Below, one piece after another: positions 61,391 through 64,000 of a DNA stretch of 64,000 nucleotides (position 1 is its first letter; every line of letters begins with the position of its first letter). The DNA is from Novakomyces olei (lineage: Eukaryota): NCBI GenBank assembly GCA_016906335.1, contig JADEYG010000009.1, positions 1,426,001-1,490,000 on the forward strand, given 5' to 3'. The notes under the pieces were generated by a model. It was not told the DNA's origin. It did no database searches and was given only the letters and a program-made list of their open reading frames with translations. A program made the position numbers and the translations under genes.

Positions 61391-61968
61391 TATTAAATAT
61401 TAGTAAATATTAAATATTAAATATTATATTAAATATTATAATAAATATTGTTGTGAATATGAAGGGGAATTCGTCCTTTTGGTAGAATGAATGAAATAGA
61501 AACTCAGTTTTGCCTTAGCTGAATCCACCAGAGGATATGAGAGTTTGAGTTTGCTTGGGCTATATGTGTAATTATGTAATTTTAAGTGAGATCCCGTAAA
61601 GGCTAAAGTCAAACAACGACACTCATAGTATAATTGTCTTAATCGGAGAGTGCGTATTATGAGGGGATGATTCATATTTCAACATATACCTTTACGCCTA
61701 CATTTATTGCATGTAATTATGATATATGTATACAATAAACGTCATATACGTTTGGTCCTTGTTTTGCCTTCTTTCATACTTTTACGATTTTTGGCTCACT
61801 TTAATCTCCATCACACTGCTCATTGCGCTCCTTTTACTCGCCTATACCACGCGGATACTGCAGTACCCTTTTTCGATCAATGTATCGTCCCCATTCAGCG
61901 GCTAGCGTGCTGCCCTGTCTATATTTATGCCATTTAATTATACACCACAATCTCTGCTTTCCGCTCAA

Positions 61969-63084
61969 TCACAAATAAAATTGCCGCCTGTTCTTTGACT
62001 CTGCGCCCGGATTGTGCACATAGGCAAACTCACCCTTGCGAGGGTCGTAAACCCCACCCTGGGCCCACCTCAGCTTCATTGTGAACCGAGGCCCCAGCTC
62101 TTGTAGCCTTGTACCAAGCTCGCTGCCTTTCTCCGCAAACATATACCGGTGCCTCCGAAAAAACAGATAATCGCGCTGGCAGTGAATAGTGACTACCTGC
62201 CGGCCTTGGAACTGCGGCTGCTGTGGGAACAGCGTCTGTAAATGCCGTGAAAGAGCCAGGCCTAGCCGTGTACTGAAGTTGTTGAGAATAAGTTCTGGCT
62301 TATGGCCCGTAGCACGCCCATGACCAGAAATCTGTGAAGCCAGTTGAATGGACGATAGAGTGAAATAATAAGTGGGCCCGTCCGGAAGGTGAATCAGCGA
62401 CAGAGCGTTGACTGCCTTACGATCCTCATTCACTACGATCAAGTCCGTATACCCGCGATTTGCACTAAACCCTGCAATCTCGCGAATAGAATAATCGCCC
62501 TTGCGCTTCACAAACTCAGCGTTTGGGAAAGACTCTACCAGCTCTGCCGCAAACTCATAACATGTGCGTGCACAGTTCCGTGAAGTAGTGATCAGTACTC
62601 GAGGCGCTCGACCTTCAGTGAAATACTCTGAAAATTGCTCAGTCAGTTTTTCGTCCACCTCAGTATCATCGACCTCTTCCCTCTTGGACTCGATTGTTTG
62701 TGGGACATTTGTCGCCCGGCGTTGCTTGGAATTAGTAATGCGCACTGCAAAGGACTGATGAAAGACAAGGCCAACGTTCAAAAGTTTGATAAATGATGAT
62801 AGATGTATAAATCAAACAGACATTTACCGAGTAAAAGACTAGAATGAAAGATCTACTGAAAATGGGAAGGAATGGAAATTTGAAACGAACAAGAACAAGA
62901 AAAATTAACCAAAAAAATTAACAAAAAAAAAAAAGTTAAAGCATTATCAATCTACCTCGAGCAATTCTGGGTCTTTAGCCTCTGCTTTAGCACGCTCTTT
63001 CCTCAGCAGTAGCCGCTCCCGAACCTTTTTCCGTAATTCTGCTGCTCTTTGCGCTTCGCGCACCATTTTGTTACGCCGTCCCAT
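61969..63084 (-). CDS. RPF1: Brix-domain 60S biogenesis factor Rpf1
   Basis: NVPQTIESKR, PRVLITTS, HLPDGPT, PELILNNFSTRLG and LQELGPRFTMKL; exon 1 MGRRNKMVR. Confidence 0.92.
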
Positions 63085-63659
63085 TCTGCATCTAATTCTG
63101 TAGCTCCAACCGAGTCTGATTTATTTTCGGTCAGTAGTCAATCAATATATGATGGCTAAATCCAATTTATGTAAATCCAAACTATGTATTGCAATTCTCA
63201 TACAATGGCCTGGGTCCAATATTGTTGAACTTTGTGTTAAATTTACTAATTCTAGCTACAACCTATATAAATAATTGTATGTGAGTATAGGCTTCATAAG
63301 CAATAGTGTGTATAAGTTGCATAAATAATAATTAGATTTGGCCCATATTTAGATGTATTTCAACATATTCCACAAATATTATCAGCTACATTATAAAGTC
63401 TGAATAATAAATGGTGGAAAATCGTCGTTACTAATTCCTGGTAACAAGTCCAATACTTGAGAATTCCACTATATAATAATTCTGTTGGCGACCAAAGGCT
63501 GACAAGGCAAACAAGTCATAAAGCACAAATAAATCCCTACTGCCTCGTGCTTTAAGCGGCAAGCAGGTTCAGTCCGGAGCAATTCTCTTCAAATAAGCTT
63601 TCTGCTATTGCAATTGCAATTGCTCTCTTGAAACATTTTCATTGAGACTAACATTAGTC

Positions 63660-63928
63660 ATGGCGGAGCCAGGTATGAGCTGGCTAAAGACCGCGACTTG
63701 CCGGATCTTTTTATTCCTGTATCTCCAACTAACCAAATGCGTGTCAGTGCAAATTGCTTCGCAGGAAGAAATGTACCGTGAGCGGATACCCCTCACGTAC
63801 CGCGACAGCTGTGCTCATATTTTGATCCCACTCAATAAGGTTCGAAAGTTTGGCTCTATCTCTACTAACTACGATAGTGCCGTCAGGAAACTTGCTACGC
63901 ACCATGGAAGTGCCTTGATCTGAAGCAT
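63660..63928 (+). CDS. NDUFB7: Complex I subunit NDUFB7 (B18), 5' partial
   Basis: Spliced MAEPVQIASQEEM..RIPLTYRDSCAHILIPLNK|CRQETCYAPWKC (CX9C); continues beyond the window. Confidence 0.9.
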
Positions 63929-64000
63929 TGTATGGTTTGTTTTGGATATCTTTTTAATTGCGTTTTTAATTCGTCTCGTATCGTCGATGAGGTCATTTAA

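Overview
Gene-dense, intron-containing fungal (ascomycete) genomic DNA with about 33 protein-coding genes, nearly all conserved housekeeping genes. I infer a non-Saccharomyces yeast-like lineage, possibly Taphrinomycotina. The basis is respiratory Complex I subunits together with DPM2, Ars2, LAMTOR2, a suc1-like Cks1, a Res2-like MBF subunit and an Esc1-like bHLH. Introns are short GT-AG introns with CTAAC/CTRAY branch sites, and many carry AT-rich low-complexity expansions. I found no rRNA, convincing tRNA, transposon or CRISPR array. The most unusual observation is that the ALG12 mannosyltransferase ORF continues in frame, without a stop or internal Met, into a C-terminal domain resembling the I78/potato-inhibitor-I serine protease inhibitors. 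Lesser leads are a tail-anchor-like extension on Met8, an identical 19-mer upstream of two OXPHOS genes, telomere-like boxes in bidirectional promoters, a possible spliced minus-strand transcript between PIC2 and ATP3, an MCB-preceded unknown gene, an intronic GC hairpin and a short deletion near the Top1 catalytic Tyr. All gene identities come from motif recognition by eye, and exon boundaries were inferred manually; no database search was run.
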